Shown: positions 17,072 to 26,668, counted from the stretch's first letter. The stretch is 64,000 nucleotides of DNA from Flavobacteriales bacterium (GCA_002707525.1 PAND01000011.1:36934-100933); one strand, 5' to 3'. Program-made: numbers and translations. The notes: generated from the sequence alone by a model not told the origin.

Positions 17072-19483
17072 ATGATTCTAAATAGTTGCACTAATATAAC
17101 GCTAAAACTGTCCTTTGTTCGTCTCTGTTATTTGATTCCATCAATACTTATTGGCAATCAATTAGTTGCGCAATATCAGCCCATGAATATGAGCGAGGCA
17201 ATGGCAGAAATGCAACGGTTTTCTTCTGGAAAAAGAGTCCTTTATATAGCGGCACACCCGGACGACGAAAACACAAGATTGATCGCCTGGTTTTCTAATG
17301 CACTTAATGCTGAGACCACCTATTTATCATTGACAAAAGGATCTGGTGGGCAAAATTTAATTGGAGATGAATTAGGAGCGGATTTAGGTGTTATCAGGGA
17401 GCAAGAACTCAGGGCCGCACGTCGTATTGATGGTGGTTATCAGCGTTTTACGGATGCACTGGATTTTGGATATTCCAAAAGCGTTCAAGAAGTGTGGACC
17501 AAATGGGATCATGACGATCTGCAGCTACAAACCGTGCGAACGATTCGCGAATTAAAACCTGATTTCATCATTACTAGATTCCCACCGGATGAACGAGCGG
17601 GTCATGGACATCATACGGCATCTGCGGAATTAGCTATAGAAAGTGCAGCATTGGCTGCAGATTCAAGTTTTGATACAGAGACTAACCCTTGGACGGTTCA
17701 AGGCGTTTGGTGGAATACCTCTATTTGGTGGGATAAAACGTTAAAGGACGATCCTGAGGCAGTCCAACTTGATTTGAGCGGCTTTGATCCTTTGTTGGGA
17801 GATACTTACGGCGCTATTGGCGATGCAGCCCGTTCTATGCATAAATGTCAGGGTTTTGGTGTAGCCATAAACAGGGGTCCAAGAGAGGAGTATTTCAAAA
17901 AGCTTTGGGGTTTAGGGGATCTAGAATCTTTTTTAGATACTGAATCTGAAAGTGCTGAATTTTCATCTGTTTTGGCAAATGAGGCCGCGTTTGCTCTAGA
18001 AATTGGAGATAGAGCCCAAGCGATTTCCAAATGGGCTGAGTTGGGTAGTATTGTGCTTTATGAAACCTCACCTTTATCAGATAAGTACCAAAGATGGCAG
18101 AAGGTTATGCTTCATCTATTAGAAGTCTATGCTGAAGTTTACGTAGAAACCAATCCAATTCAGGAAAATTTTTCTAATCCAGCCACACTCAAGATACAGT
18201 CGTTGAATCCGGACAATATTGTTCAAGTGGCTTCAGTGAAAACACCTCAGAAAAACGCTCTACCATCCATCATTGCATTTAACCCACCTCAAGTTATAAT
18301 TAAAGAAGGTTTCAAACAACAGTTGGATTTACCATTGGATTCAGAGATTGCGAAGCGTACAGTAAGGGTTAGACTTGAGTCCGATGAATCAATCATCATG
18401 TTACACCTTAAGCCTATCGCGAAGTTGGTGGACAGGGCTGTTGGTGAATACAGAGAAGCGATCGCAGTGGAACCTATTATCCATGCTAAATTTGATCAAT
18501 CGGTGTATTGGACCACAGGAAAAAAGGCGCATTTAGGTTATAGTATTTACTCTAAGGATGGAGGTGAGTTTGAATGGTATTTGAGCGCTGCACGCCTAGC
18601 TTCAAAAGACGTATTTCCGCAGATTGAAATGGGTTTTGAATTCAAAGAGAAAAAAATATTACAATCTGGTTGGAATCACTTTACAGCTGTAATCCCCGCG
18701 AAAATGACAGAGGGTAAGTATTTCTTGTTCCTAGCAAAAGAACCAAGGAATTCAAGTAAGTTTTTCCCTTTTCCTATGGTTAATCAAAAACATACTATCA
18801 GCTTCCCGCACATCGGAACGCATTATAGATTTTATCCTGCAGATGCTACTTTGACCGTCTTGGATTTAAACAAAAAACGTTTCAAAGTCGGATACATAGA
18901 AGGTGCCGGAGATATCATGGACGAAACATTGGAAAACTTGGGTTATGAGGTGGTTCGTATCTCTGAGTCTACACCGGAACTTTGGAGTCAGGTTGAGGTC
19001 ATTCTCGTAGGGATACGCGCCTTCAATACCGAGAAATGGTTGATGAATAGTGGCGATCGGATCAAGGGCTTTGTTGAGGGCGGTGGCAACTTTGTCGTGA
19101 CCTACACGACAGCCGGGAGAAGCGGAATCGAACTTCCTACACCGTTATCACTTACTATTGGGAGGGACCGTGTGACCGAGGAGGACGCTCCAATTACATT
19201 GTTGAATCACTTAGTGCTTCAAAAGCCCAATAAGATTCAATCGTCTGATTTTGATTTTTGGGTACAGGAACGGGGGCTATATTTTCCTAAATCTTACGAT
19301 GGTTTTAATGAGGTGCTCAGCATCAAAGAAAGTACAGGTATAAACTATACCAATAGTACTGTTGTTGGTCATTATGGAAAAGGTTCCGTAATTTACACGG
19401 GATTATCCTTATTTAGAGAGTTACCTGCAGGAGTACCAGGTGCTATGAAATTACTACAAAACATACTCCATTATGACTATTAA
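17072..19483 (+). CDS. PIG-L/LmbE family deacetylase fused to a large C-terminal region (possible GATase1-like domain)
   Basis: 803 aa with LmbE signature VLYIAAHPDDENTRLIAW and AGHGHHTAS. The C-terminal block is FKVGYIEGAGDIMDETLENLGYEVVRI...VILVGIRAF...FVEGGGNFVVTY. The start is ambiguous. The ATG at 17072 gives a signal-like N-terminus (LCYLIPSILIGNQLVAQ) but abuts the divergent S8 start; the alternative is the ATG at 17183 (MNMSEAM...). Confidence 0.8.
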   Translation: MILNSCTNITLKLSFVRLCYLIPSILIGNQLVAQYQPMNMSEAMAEMQRFSSGKRVLYIAAHPDDENTRLIAWFSNALNAETTYLSLTKGSGGQNLIGDELGADLGVIREQELRAARRIDGGYQRFTDALDFGYSKSVQEVWTKWDHDDLQLQTVRTIRELKPDFIITRFPPDERAGHGHHTASAELAIESAALAADSSFDTETNPWTVQGVWWNTSIWWDKTLKDDPEAVQLDLSGFDPLLGDTYGAIGDAARSMHKCQGFGVAINRGPREEYFKKLWGLGDLESFLDTESESAEFSSVLANEAAFALEIGDRAQAISKWAELGSIVLYETSPLSDKYQRWQKVMLHLLEVYAEVYVETNPIQENFSNPATLKIQSLNPDNIVQVASVKTPQKNALPSIIAFNPPQVIIKEGFKQQLDLPLDSEIAKRTVRVRLESDESIIMLHLKPIAKLVDRAVGEYREAIAVEPIIHAKFDQSVYWTTGKKAHLGYSIYSKDGGEFEWYLSAARLASKDVFPQIEMGFEFKEKKILQSGWNHFTAVIPAKMTEGKYFLFLAKEPRNSSKFFPFPMVNQKHTISFPHIGTHYRFYPADATLTVLDLNKKRFKVGYIEGAGDIMDETLENLGYEVVRISESTPELWSQVEVILVGIRAFNTEKWLMNSGDRIKGFVEGGGNFVVTYTTAGRSGIELPTPLSLTIGRDRVTEEDAPITLLNHLVLQKPNKIQSSDFDFWVQERGLYFPKSYDGFNEVLSIKESTGINYTNSTVVGHYGKGSVIYTGLSLFRELPAGVPGAMKLLQNILHYDY

Positions 19484-19586
19484 ATCTACTCAGACATTGA
19501 ATTGGAAAAAGTACTACGTGGGTGTTATTGCACTGTTAGTCGTAGAGATTATTGTTTTCTATTTCATCACACGGGATTTCGTATAA
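19473..19586 (+). CDS. Unannotated 37-aa single-TM micro-protein between the PIG-L gene and the SSS transporter
   Basis: Below the ORF-track size cutoff. The ATG at 19473 overlaps the PIG-L 3' end by 11 nt, and the TAA at 19584-19586 directly abuts the transporter ATG (TAAATG). Translation is MTIKSTQTLNWKKYYVGVIALLVVEIIVFYFITRDFV, with one hydrophobic helix flanked by K/R. Confidence 0.5.
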   Translation: MTIKSTQTLNWKKYYVGVIALLVVEIIVFYFITRDFV

Positions 19587-21242
19587 ATGCATCCAATAGA
19601 TTGGTTCGTCTTGGGTGTAACCCTTGCCCTAATAGTTGGGTATGGTGTCTTTAAAACGCGTAAAAGTGCTACAGCGAGCGAACTTCTTAGTGGCTCAAAG
19701 AAAGTAAGCCCATGGACAATCGGCTTGGGAATAATGGCAACTCAGGCTTCTGCAATTACATTTTTGTCCACTCCTGGTCAGGCTTTTGAAAATGATATGG
19801 GCTTCATCCAATTTTACTTTGGAATGCCCCTAGCTGTTATTCTTGTTAGTGCTTTTTTTGTGCCTGCCTATCGAAAAATGCGCGCAATTACAGCATATCA
19901 ATTCCTTGAGAAACGCTTTGACAGGAAAACTAGATTATTTACTGCCGCCTTGTTTCTTACCTCAAGAGGTTTAAGTGCAGGAATAACCATTTTTGCCCCT
20001 GCGATTGTTCTTTCTGCGGCTATTAATATTCCATTAAATACCATGATAGTTATCATCGGAATAATAGTAGTGATTTATACTGTAAGTGGGGGTTCAGCAG
20101 CAGTCGCGGTTACCCAGAAATGGCAAATGACAATTATTCTCTTGGGTATGACCATTGCAGCAACCATACTTGTTCGGCTTATTCCTGTAAGTATGTATGA
20201 TGCTTATCAAATAGCAGGAAATATGGGTAAGCTGAATATTGTGAGTACTTCTTTTGATCCGGGGACACGATACACCTTGTGGTCCGGCTTGGCCGGTGGT
20301 CTTTTCTTATCGTTGAGTTATTTGGGCACAGATCAGAGTCAAGTTCAACGCTATCTAGGTGCAGAGGACGAACGCAGTTCTAGATTCGGTTTGCTATTCA
20401 ATGCTACTTTTAAGGTGCCAATGCAATTTGCAATTCTATCCATTGGCGTCTTTTTATTTGTGTTCTACCAGTTTATTAAACCACCTGTTTTTTTTAATCA
20501 GAGTGAAATTGCTCGAGCCCCTGTTGACATACAAAATCAGTTAAGATCTATTGAATTTGAACATGCATTGGTCTGGGATAATAAAAGAGAAGCGTTAATC
20601 AATGCGGATTGGAATAGTGCGCATCGCCTGAATGATCAACAGGGAGCTCTTAGAGGCAAATACATGGCTTTACTGGATAGTAATGTACCTAATTTCCAAC
20701 CCAAGGATACGGATTATGTATTCATCACCTTTATCTTAAATAATTTGCCTAATGGTCTTATAGGGTTGCTTCTAGCTGTTATTATAAGTGCAGCTATGTC
20801 ATCAACAGCGGGTGAAGTTTCTGCTTTGGCTACCACAACCTATGTAGATTATTATCAGGTGTTTTTCAGTGGTAAAAGCCATAATGAGAAAAGAACCATA
20901 CGCTCACTAGTTTTACTATGGGGCATTGCGGCAATTTTTGTTGCCCTTGCGGCTCCCTTGTACGAAAACTTGATTCAGTTAGTGAACGTTTTGGGTAGTC
21001 TCTTTTATGGAACCATACTTGGGATATTTTTAGTAGGCTTATTCTTAAAAAATATAGGAGGTAATCAAGTATTTATTGGAGGTATTATAGCGCAAATAAC
21101 CATTTTCATTTGTCACTATCTCAATACAAAAGAGGTGATATCAATAGGTTTTTTATGGTACAATGTGATTGCTACATTCATCGTGATTACAATTTCGTTG
21201 GTTCTTCAATCTACTGTTAAGAGCAGAATTGCATCTGATTAG
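19587..21242 (+). CDS. Sodium:solute symporter (SSS/SSF) family transporter
   Basis: 551 aa, multi-pass hydrophobic. It has the SSF-like segment ATQASAITFLSTPGQAF and a soluble loop at aa ~300-370. Confidence 0.85.
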   Translation: MHPIDWFVLGVTLALIVGYGVFKTRKSATASELLSGSKKVSPWTIGLGIMATQASAITFLSTPGQAFENDMGFIQFYFGMPLAVILVSAFFVPAYRKMRAITAYQFLEKRFDRKTRLFTAALFLTSRGLSAGITIFAPAIVLSAAINIPLNTMIVIIGIIVVIYTVSGGSAAVAVTQKWQMTIILLGMTIAATILVRLIPVSMYDAYQIAGNMGKLNIVSTSFDPGTRYTLWSGLAGGLFLSLSYLGTDQSQVQRYLGAEDERSSRFGLLFNATFKVPMQFAILSIGVFLFVFYQFIKPPVFFNQSEIARAPVDIQNQLRSIEFEHALVWDNKREALINADWNSAHRLNDQQGALRGKYMALLDSNVPNFQPKDTDYVFITFILNNLPNGLIGLLLAVIISAAMSSTAGEVSALATTTYVDYYQVFFSGKSHNEKRTIRSLVLLWGIAAIFVALAAPLYENLIQLVNVLGSLFYGTILGIFLVGLFLKNIGGNQVFIGGIIAQITIFICHYLNTKEVISIGFLWYNVIATFIVITISLVLQSTVKSRIASD

Positions 21243-21257
21243 AGGTTATCAGGAAAT

Positions 21258-21758
21258 CTATCCTTTTTTCATTCTTTCTACCATTTCAAAAACGGCTGGG
21301 CAATGTCTCACGTTGGTTTCCGTTAACCCCAAAATTGATTTCATATTAGAATGGTCCGTATGTGGGTATTGTTTGCAAGCCTTTGGGGCATATTCGTAAA
21401 TGGTGCATTTGTTGGTGTCCAATGCTAAAAATGGACATGGTAAGCTTTTCATTACCCAATCTCCATCTTCATCTACGCGCAGGTATTTGGCTTCAAATAC
21501 CGCTGGTTTCATACCTTGTTTTTTAGAAATACGTGCGATGTCTTGCTTATTGAGAAGTGGCCCTGTAGCCCGGCAGCAGCGTGCACATTGTAAGCAATCT
21601 GTTTCGGCAAAGACCTCCTCGTGCATGGCATGAAACTGATCGTTCAGGGCACTGATGTCAAGCCCGTTTAAGCGTTCAAAGAATTTCTTGTTCTCCTTGC
21701 GCTTGGAGCGGGCGAGTTCTTTGAAATCGTTAAATATGTCCTTGAGGTAATTAGCCAT
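21258..21758 (-). CDS. YkgJ family (UPF0153) cysteine-cluster protein
   Basis: 166 aa. Motifs are CLQCARCCRATGP ... CPFL ... KCTIYEYAPKACKQYP. The start overlaps the upstream thioredoxin-like gene by 8 nt. Confidence 0.75.
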   Translation of the reverse strand: MANYLKDIFNDFKELARSKRKENKKFFERLNGLDISALNDQFHAMHEEVFAETDCLQCARCCRATGPLLNKQDIARISKKQGMKPAVFEAKYLRVDEDGDWVMKSLPCPFLALDTNKCTIYEYAPKACKQYPHTDHSNMKSILGLTETNVRHCPAVFEMVERMKKG

Positions 21759-22947
21759 TTACTTCAGCAACTAGTGCTTTTAATTCTTCTCTGGTATGTT
21801 TTAGATATCCCTCGTATTCTTTTGTACTTGGGCCATAGAATCCGGTATGAATCTTTACCACATTGCCGGCGTGGTCCAACATAATGGAGGTAGGGTAACT
21901 GCGAATCTTTTCAAGCGGCAGTATTGCATTGCGGTCCTGCTTAGGATCGTAAGTGGCAATGACCATAGGGAAAGAGGTGCCTAGGTCGCGCTCCATCTTT
22001 TGTACTGCAGCGGTGGCTTTTTCTAATGTACCGCTGTATTCATAGCTCAATCCAAAGACATCGATAGCTCCGTCAAATTCGCGGTAATACTGATCCAAAA
22101 CTCGGCCTTCGTCCATACAGTTGGGACACCACGACCCTTGGATTGCCAAGATGGTAGGCTTAGAAATAGTGCGGCTATCAAAGTGTACCGTATCGCCATC
22201 AAGTCCCGGCAAATGCCATTCTATATGCGTATAATCCTCACGCAATTTTGACATCTCTTCTGGATCTTCCAAGGTGGCATTATCATCTGCGACCCCTTTG
22301 AAGCGGTAATAGCCTGTTTTTCCTGACCAAACATTTCCGAACACGGAATCTTCAAACGTGGTAAATGTCACATAATTGATAAACCTGCCGTCAAAACCCA
22401 TTAGGACGTAACCACCTTCATCTATGATTCTTTCTCCAGTGAGGAATCTCAAGTCGCCTGTGGAAGTTGCTATAGTTCCAACGACTTTGTTTTCCTTTAT
22501 TCCTAATTGAAGTAAGGCTGGTCTAGTCTTACCGTTGCCATAATCTCGAATGATGTGATATTGGTTTACAGGCACATCTTGGGTTTGCCCAGGATTGTGA
22601 TGTCCCGGCAATAATGTTAATGGCAGCATGTAATTTTCAGCATCCGTGCGGAAGTATAATCCCTCGTAACCTTCCTCTCTTTTAACGAGCCATAGATCTG
22701 AGGCAAAGACCGGAAAGGTGCCACGCAGGGTATCCTCTCCTTCGAGCTTTACGTCGAAGCTTTCATGTACCCCGTTGTATACGGTCAATTGATCTCCATA
22801 GATTGATGCATTAAAGCATACAGCCGTTGAATCATTTAGAAGGATACGGCCTTGGTAGGTCAAAGCTTCTGTATTTTCGACTTCTTTCGGATTTCCGCAA
22901 GAAAAAAGGGCCATCGAAATGGCCCCTATGATGATGAAATTCTTCAT
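21751..22947 (-). CDS. TlpA/redoxin-like thioredoxin-fold lipoprotein with an N-terminal domain of unknown function
   Basis: 398 aa. The lipoprotein signal is ...ISMALFSCGN, and the thioredoxin-fold active site GSWCPNC lies in the C-terminal third. Confidence 0.75.
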   Translation of the reverse strand: MKNFIIIGAISMALFSCGNPKEVENTEALTYQGRILLNDSTAVCFNASIYGDQLTVYNGVHESFDVKLEGEDTLRGTFPVFASDLWLVKREEGYEGLYFRTDAENYMLPLTLLPGHHNPGQTQDVPVNQYHIIRDYGNGKTRPALLQLGIKENKVVGTIATSTGDLRFLTGERIIDEGGYVLMGFDGRFINYVTFTTFEDSVFGNVWSGKTGYYRFKGVADDNATLEDPEEMSKLREDYTHIEWHLPGLDGDTVHFDSRTISKPTILAIQGSWCPNCMDEGRVLDQYYREFDGAIDVFGLSYEYSGTLEKATAAVQKMERDLGTSFPMVIATYDPKQDRNAILPLEKIRSYPTSIMLDHAGNVVKIHTGFYGPSTKEYEGYLKHTREELKALVAEVNG

Positions 22948-22955
22948 GATATGAA

Positions 22956-24677
22956 TTAGAGATTTAATTCCTCAATAAAGGTATCAATCTTTCTTTCAAG
23001 TTCAGTTTTCGTTGCTGCATGGCTTTCGCCTGTGGTTGCGCATACACTAAAGTAGAATTTGATTTTAGGCTCTGTACCTGAAGGCCGAGCACTCACTTTG
23101 TCTCCTGCTTCTGTGATAAACTGCAAAACGTTAGATGCTGGTAATTCCGTGCTTGAAGTGCTGCTAGTACGCAAATCTGTTTGTGTGGAGTTGCCGTGAT
23201 CAATAGCAATGACTACTGGTGATCCTGCCAAAGTCTTGGGCGGGTCCGCGCGTAATGCAGTCATCATATCCGCAATTTCCTGAGCACCTGAGCGCCCTTT
23301 CTTAGTGATGGAGATCAATCGCTCTTGGTATTGTCCGAACTCGCGGTGGATGGCTTCTAATTGTTGCAATACAGTGCGGCCTTGTGCTTTGGCATTGGCA
23401 GCCATTTCAGCAATCATTACGGCAGAAGCAACGGCATCTTTATCACGTACGGCATCACCTATAAGGTATCCGTAGCTTTCTTCACCACCTACCAGGAATT
23501 GCTCCTGTGGTTTGTGATTAATGATGTCGGCTATCCATTTGAATCCGGTTAAACAGCGGTAGCAAGGCACGCAATAGGCTGCCGAGATGTCGGCAATTAG
23601 GTCTGTGGTCACGACCGTAGCGGCCGTGAAACCGTTAGCTGGCATGGTGCCCTTATTCTTGTATGCATCTAAAATGTAGTGCACAAGGAGTGCTGCGGTG
23701 TCATTTCCGTTGAGAAGTTCCATCTTTCCCTTGCCGTCATTAACAGCAATACCCACGCGGTCTGTATCCGGATCACATCCAATAACTAAATCTGCTCCTG
23801 TAGCTTCTGCTTGCGAAATCGCCATTGCAAGAGCGGCACTTTCTTCAGGATTCGGGCTTGCTACAGTTGGGAAGTTTCCGTCAGGTGTACTTTGCGCTTC
23901 AACGAGTTGTACGTTGGTGAAACCAGATTTAGATAAAGCAGGAGGGACACTAACAATAGAGGTGCCGTGCAATGCGGTAAAAACGATGTTGAGCTCCTTT
24001 TTGCCGGCGTTGCTCAAAGATAGACCAGCAACCATATCTGTATATTTTTCGTCAAGTTCGGCGCCTATGGTTTCAATAAGGGCATTATTTACATCCCAGC
24101 GGATATCCCCAAATTTTGCAGCTCGTACTTTTTCAATAACGCCTTTATCGTGTGGAGGGACCAATTGGCCACCGTCGTTCCAATACACTTTGTATCCATT
24201 GTACTCTTTAGGATTGTGTGAAGCCGTTAAAACAATACCGAAGTCACAACACAATTCACGTACAGCAAAACTCAATTCTGGCGTAGGGCGCAATTCTTCA
24301 AAGAGGTAGGTATGAATACCGTTTGCACTGAGCACCTCGGCTACCTTACCTGCAAAAGACTTTGAATTATTTCTGCTATCATAAGCAATGGCTGCTTTAA
24401 GCGGTTTTCCTTCAAAAAATGATTGCGCGTAGTCGGCTAAACCCTGCGTGGCTAAGCCAAGCGTATAGGCGTTAATACGGTTGGTTCCAACACCCATAAT
24501 ACCGCGCATTCCTCCTGTTCCAAAGTCTAGATCCTTGTAAAATGGTTCTATGAGCTCATCTCCCTTCTTTTCAAGAAGAATTTGAGCTTCTTTTCTAGTT
24601 TCTGCATCAAAAATATCTGTAGTCCAAAGAAAAGCATTGGTTTGAGCAATCTTTAAAACGGATGAATGGTCTGCCAT
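22956..24677 (-). CDS. Phospho-sugar mutase (phosphoglucomutase/phosphomannomutase family)
   Basis: 573 aa. Active-site loop TASHNPKEYNGYKVY, metal site GCDPDTDR, and sugar-binding GGEESYG. Confidence 0.9.
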   Translation of the reverse strand: MADHSSVLKIAQTNAFLWTTDIFDAETRKEAQILLEKKGDELIEPFYKDLDFGTGGMRGIMGVGTNRINAYTLGLATQGLADYAQSFFEGKPLKAAIAYDSRNNSKSFAGKVAEVLSANGIHTYLFEELRPTPELSFAVRELCCDFGIVLTASHNPKEYNGYKVYWNDGGQLVPPHDKGVIEKVRAAKFGDIRWDVNNALIETIGAELDEKYTDMVAGLSLSNAGKKELNIVFTALHGTSIVSVPPALSKSGFTNVQLVEAQSTPDGNFPTVASPNPEESAALAMAISQAEATGADLVIGCDPDTDRVGIAVNDGKGKMELLNGNDTAALLVHYILDAYKNKGTMPANGFTAATVVTTDLIADISAAYCVPCYRCLTGFKWIADIINHKPQEQFLVGGEESYGYLIGDAVRDKDAVASAVMIAEMAANAKAQGRTVLQQLEAIHREFGQYQERLISITKKGRSGAQEIADMMTALRADPPKTLAGSPVVIAIDHGNSTQTDLRTSSTSSTELPASNVLQFITEAGDKVSARPSGTEPKIKFYFSVCATTGESHAATKTELERKIDTFIEELNL

Positions 24678-24710
24678 GTTTCGGGAAATTTAAGAAGAAG
24701 CCAAAATATA

Positions 24711-24735
24711 AAAAAAGGGAGCCTTAGGCCCCCTT
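24711..24735 (-). terminator. Intrinsic terminator after htpG
   Basis: The minus-strand RNA is AAGGGGGCC-UAA-GGCUCCCUU (9 bp, one G-U) followed by UUUUUUAUAUUUU. It lies ~40 nt after the stop at 24776. Confidence 0.7.
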
Positions 24736-24775
24736 GTTATTTACATTTAACACAAACTTTTCCTTACAAGAATTT

Positions 24776-26668
24776 CTACTTGTTTTCTTCTAGCATGTCA
24801 TACGAACGCGCAATAAACGCAGTTAATTCTTCACCATGAAGTAAGTTTTGTTGAAGCTTGGCCAAGTCGAGTGCCTGATTTACCGCGCCAGATCGGGCGT
24901 TTTCATCATCCGTATCTAGGATTTTCGAAGCAAGACTGTGATTGGCATTTACAACTAAATCGTACATCTCTGGGAAATCACCCATTCCCATCATACCACC
25001 ACCGCCAGTCATCTGCATTTCCTTCATACGACGCATGAATTCCGGAACGGTTATAATTAATGGTGCTTCTGTAGAGTCCATATCCTCTAGCTTCAGCGTA
25101 AATTTCTCCTTGGGAACAATTGATTCCAGACGAGTCTTTAACTCTTCTTTCTGTTTATCACTGAGTTTAGCAACTCTTGTTTCATCCTTTTTGATGAGAT
25201 TATCAATTAAGTCAGAATCAACTCGTGCAAAAGTGGTATCGCTGTATTCACTTTCTAGCTTTTGAATGAGGTGTGATGTCAGAGGTGAATCTAAAAGTAA
25301 AACGTGGTAACCTTTAGACTTTGCTGCTTCAACGTAGCTGTGTTGGCCATCTTTGTGAGAAGCATAAAGTACCACGGTCTTTTTGTCCTTGTCCGTCTGA
25401 TTCTTTTTAATCAATTTTAGGTAGTCATCAAATGTGTGCAGTTTGCCCTCGGTGTCTTCGAAAAGGCCGAATTTTTTCGCCTTATCAAAAAACTTATCTT
25501 CTGTGAGCATGCCGTATTCTATGATGATTTTCATGTCATTCCATTTGGCTTCGAAATCCTCGCGATCTTTGCGGAACATTTCATCCAATTTATCGGCAAC
25601 CTTCTTAGTGATATGGGATGCTATTTTCTTCACATTCCCATCGGCTTGGAGGTACGAACGACTCACATTCAATGGAATGTCTGGTGAATCAATAACCCCG
25701 TGGAGTAAAGTGAGAAAATCGGGAACGATACCTTCAACGCTATCTGTTACAAAAACTTGCTTTTGGAATAGTTGGATTTTATTGCGTTGTGGCTCTACGT
25801 TAGGTTTGATTTTAGGGAAATAAAGCACCCCTGTTAAGTTGAACGGGAAGTCAACGTTCAAGTGAATATTGAACAGAGGTTCGTCAAAGCTCGTTGGATA
25901 AAGCTCTCGGTAAAATCCCTTGTAATCTTCATCGCTCAAATCACCGGGTTTACGCACCCAGGCTGGATTAGTATTGTTAACTACGTTAGGAACTTTTTTA
26001 GTTTCCCATTTTGCTTCTTCGCCTTCTGCGGCTGCATTAAAGCTTTCATCTTTTTCACCGAATTCGATACTTATGGGCATGAACTTCGCATATTTAGACA
26101 AAAGCTCATTGATTTTGCCCTCTTCCAAGAAGTCTTCGCTATCCTCAGCTATATGTAACCTAATTTCAGTTCCTCTATCTTCTTTTTCAATATTGGTTAA
26201 CTCAAATTCTGGATTTCCCTCACAGCTCCATTGAACAGCTCCATCTCCTTTATGGGACTTGGTTAAAATTTCTACTTTTTTCGCTACCATAAAGGCAGAG
26301 TAAAAACCTAATCCAAAGTGACCGATCAGATCCGTACCGTCCATTTTTCCTTCGTATTCTTTGACAAATTCTTCTGCACCTGAGAAAGCAACTTGATTGA
26401 TGTACTTATCAATTTCTTCGGCAGTCATTCCAATGCCCCTGTCAATGATACTCAGTGTTTTGGCATCTTTATCTACCTTGACATGAATAGTTAAGTCTCC
26501 CAATTCTCCTTTGGCTTCACCAAGGCTGGTAAGCGTTTTTAACTTTTGTGTTGCATCTACGGCGTTAGAGACAAGCTCGCGTAGGAAAATTTCATGATCG
26601 CTATACAAGAACTTCTTAATTATGGGAAAGATGTTCTGTGCGGTTACATTAATTGATCCTTTAGACAT
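24776..26668 (-). CDS. htpG: Molecular chaperone HtpG (Hsp90)
   Basis: 630 aa. The N-terminal GHKL ATPase motifs are FLRELVSNAVDA and IGHFGLGFYSAFMVA. Confidence 0.95.
   Translation of the reverse strand: MSKGSINVTAQNIFPIIKKFLYSDHEIFLRELVSNAVDATQKLKTLTSLGEAKGELGDLTIHVKVDKDAKTLSIIDRGIGMTAEEIDKYINQVAFSGAEEFVKEYEGKMDGTDLIGHFGLGFYSAFMVAKKVEILTKSHKGDGAVQWSCEGNPEFELTNIEKEDRGTEIRLHIAEDSEDFLEEGKINELLSKYAKFMPISIEFGEKDESFNAAAEGEEAKWETKKVPNVVNNTNPAWVRKPGDLSDEDYKGFYRELYPTSFDEPLFNIHLNVDFPFNLTGVLYFPKIKPNVEPQRNKIQLFQKQVFVTDSVEGIVPDFLTLLHGVIDSPDIPLNVSRSYLQADGNVKKIASHITKKVADKLDEMFRKDREDFEAKWNDMKIIIEYGMLTEDKFFDKAKKFGLFEDTEGKLHTFDDYLKLIKKNQTDKDKKTVVLYASHKDGQHSYVEAAKSKGYHVLLLDSPLTSHLIQKLESEYSDTTFARVDSDLIDNLIKKDETRVAKLSDKQKEELKTRLESIVPKEKFTLKLEDMDSTEAPLIITVPEFMRRMKEMQMTGGGGMMGMGDFPEMYDLVVNANHSLASKILDTDDENARSGAVNQALDLAKLQQNLLHGEELTAFIARSYDMLEENK

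Noticed and set aside
23698-24309. 203-aa plus-strand ORF antisense to the phosphosugar mutase gene
   Set aside because: It is a shadow ORF inside a gene with unambiguous catalytic motifs. Its Ser/Pro/Ala-rich composition has no domain signature.
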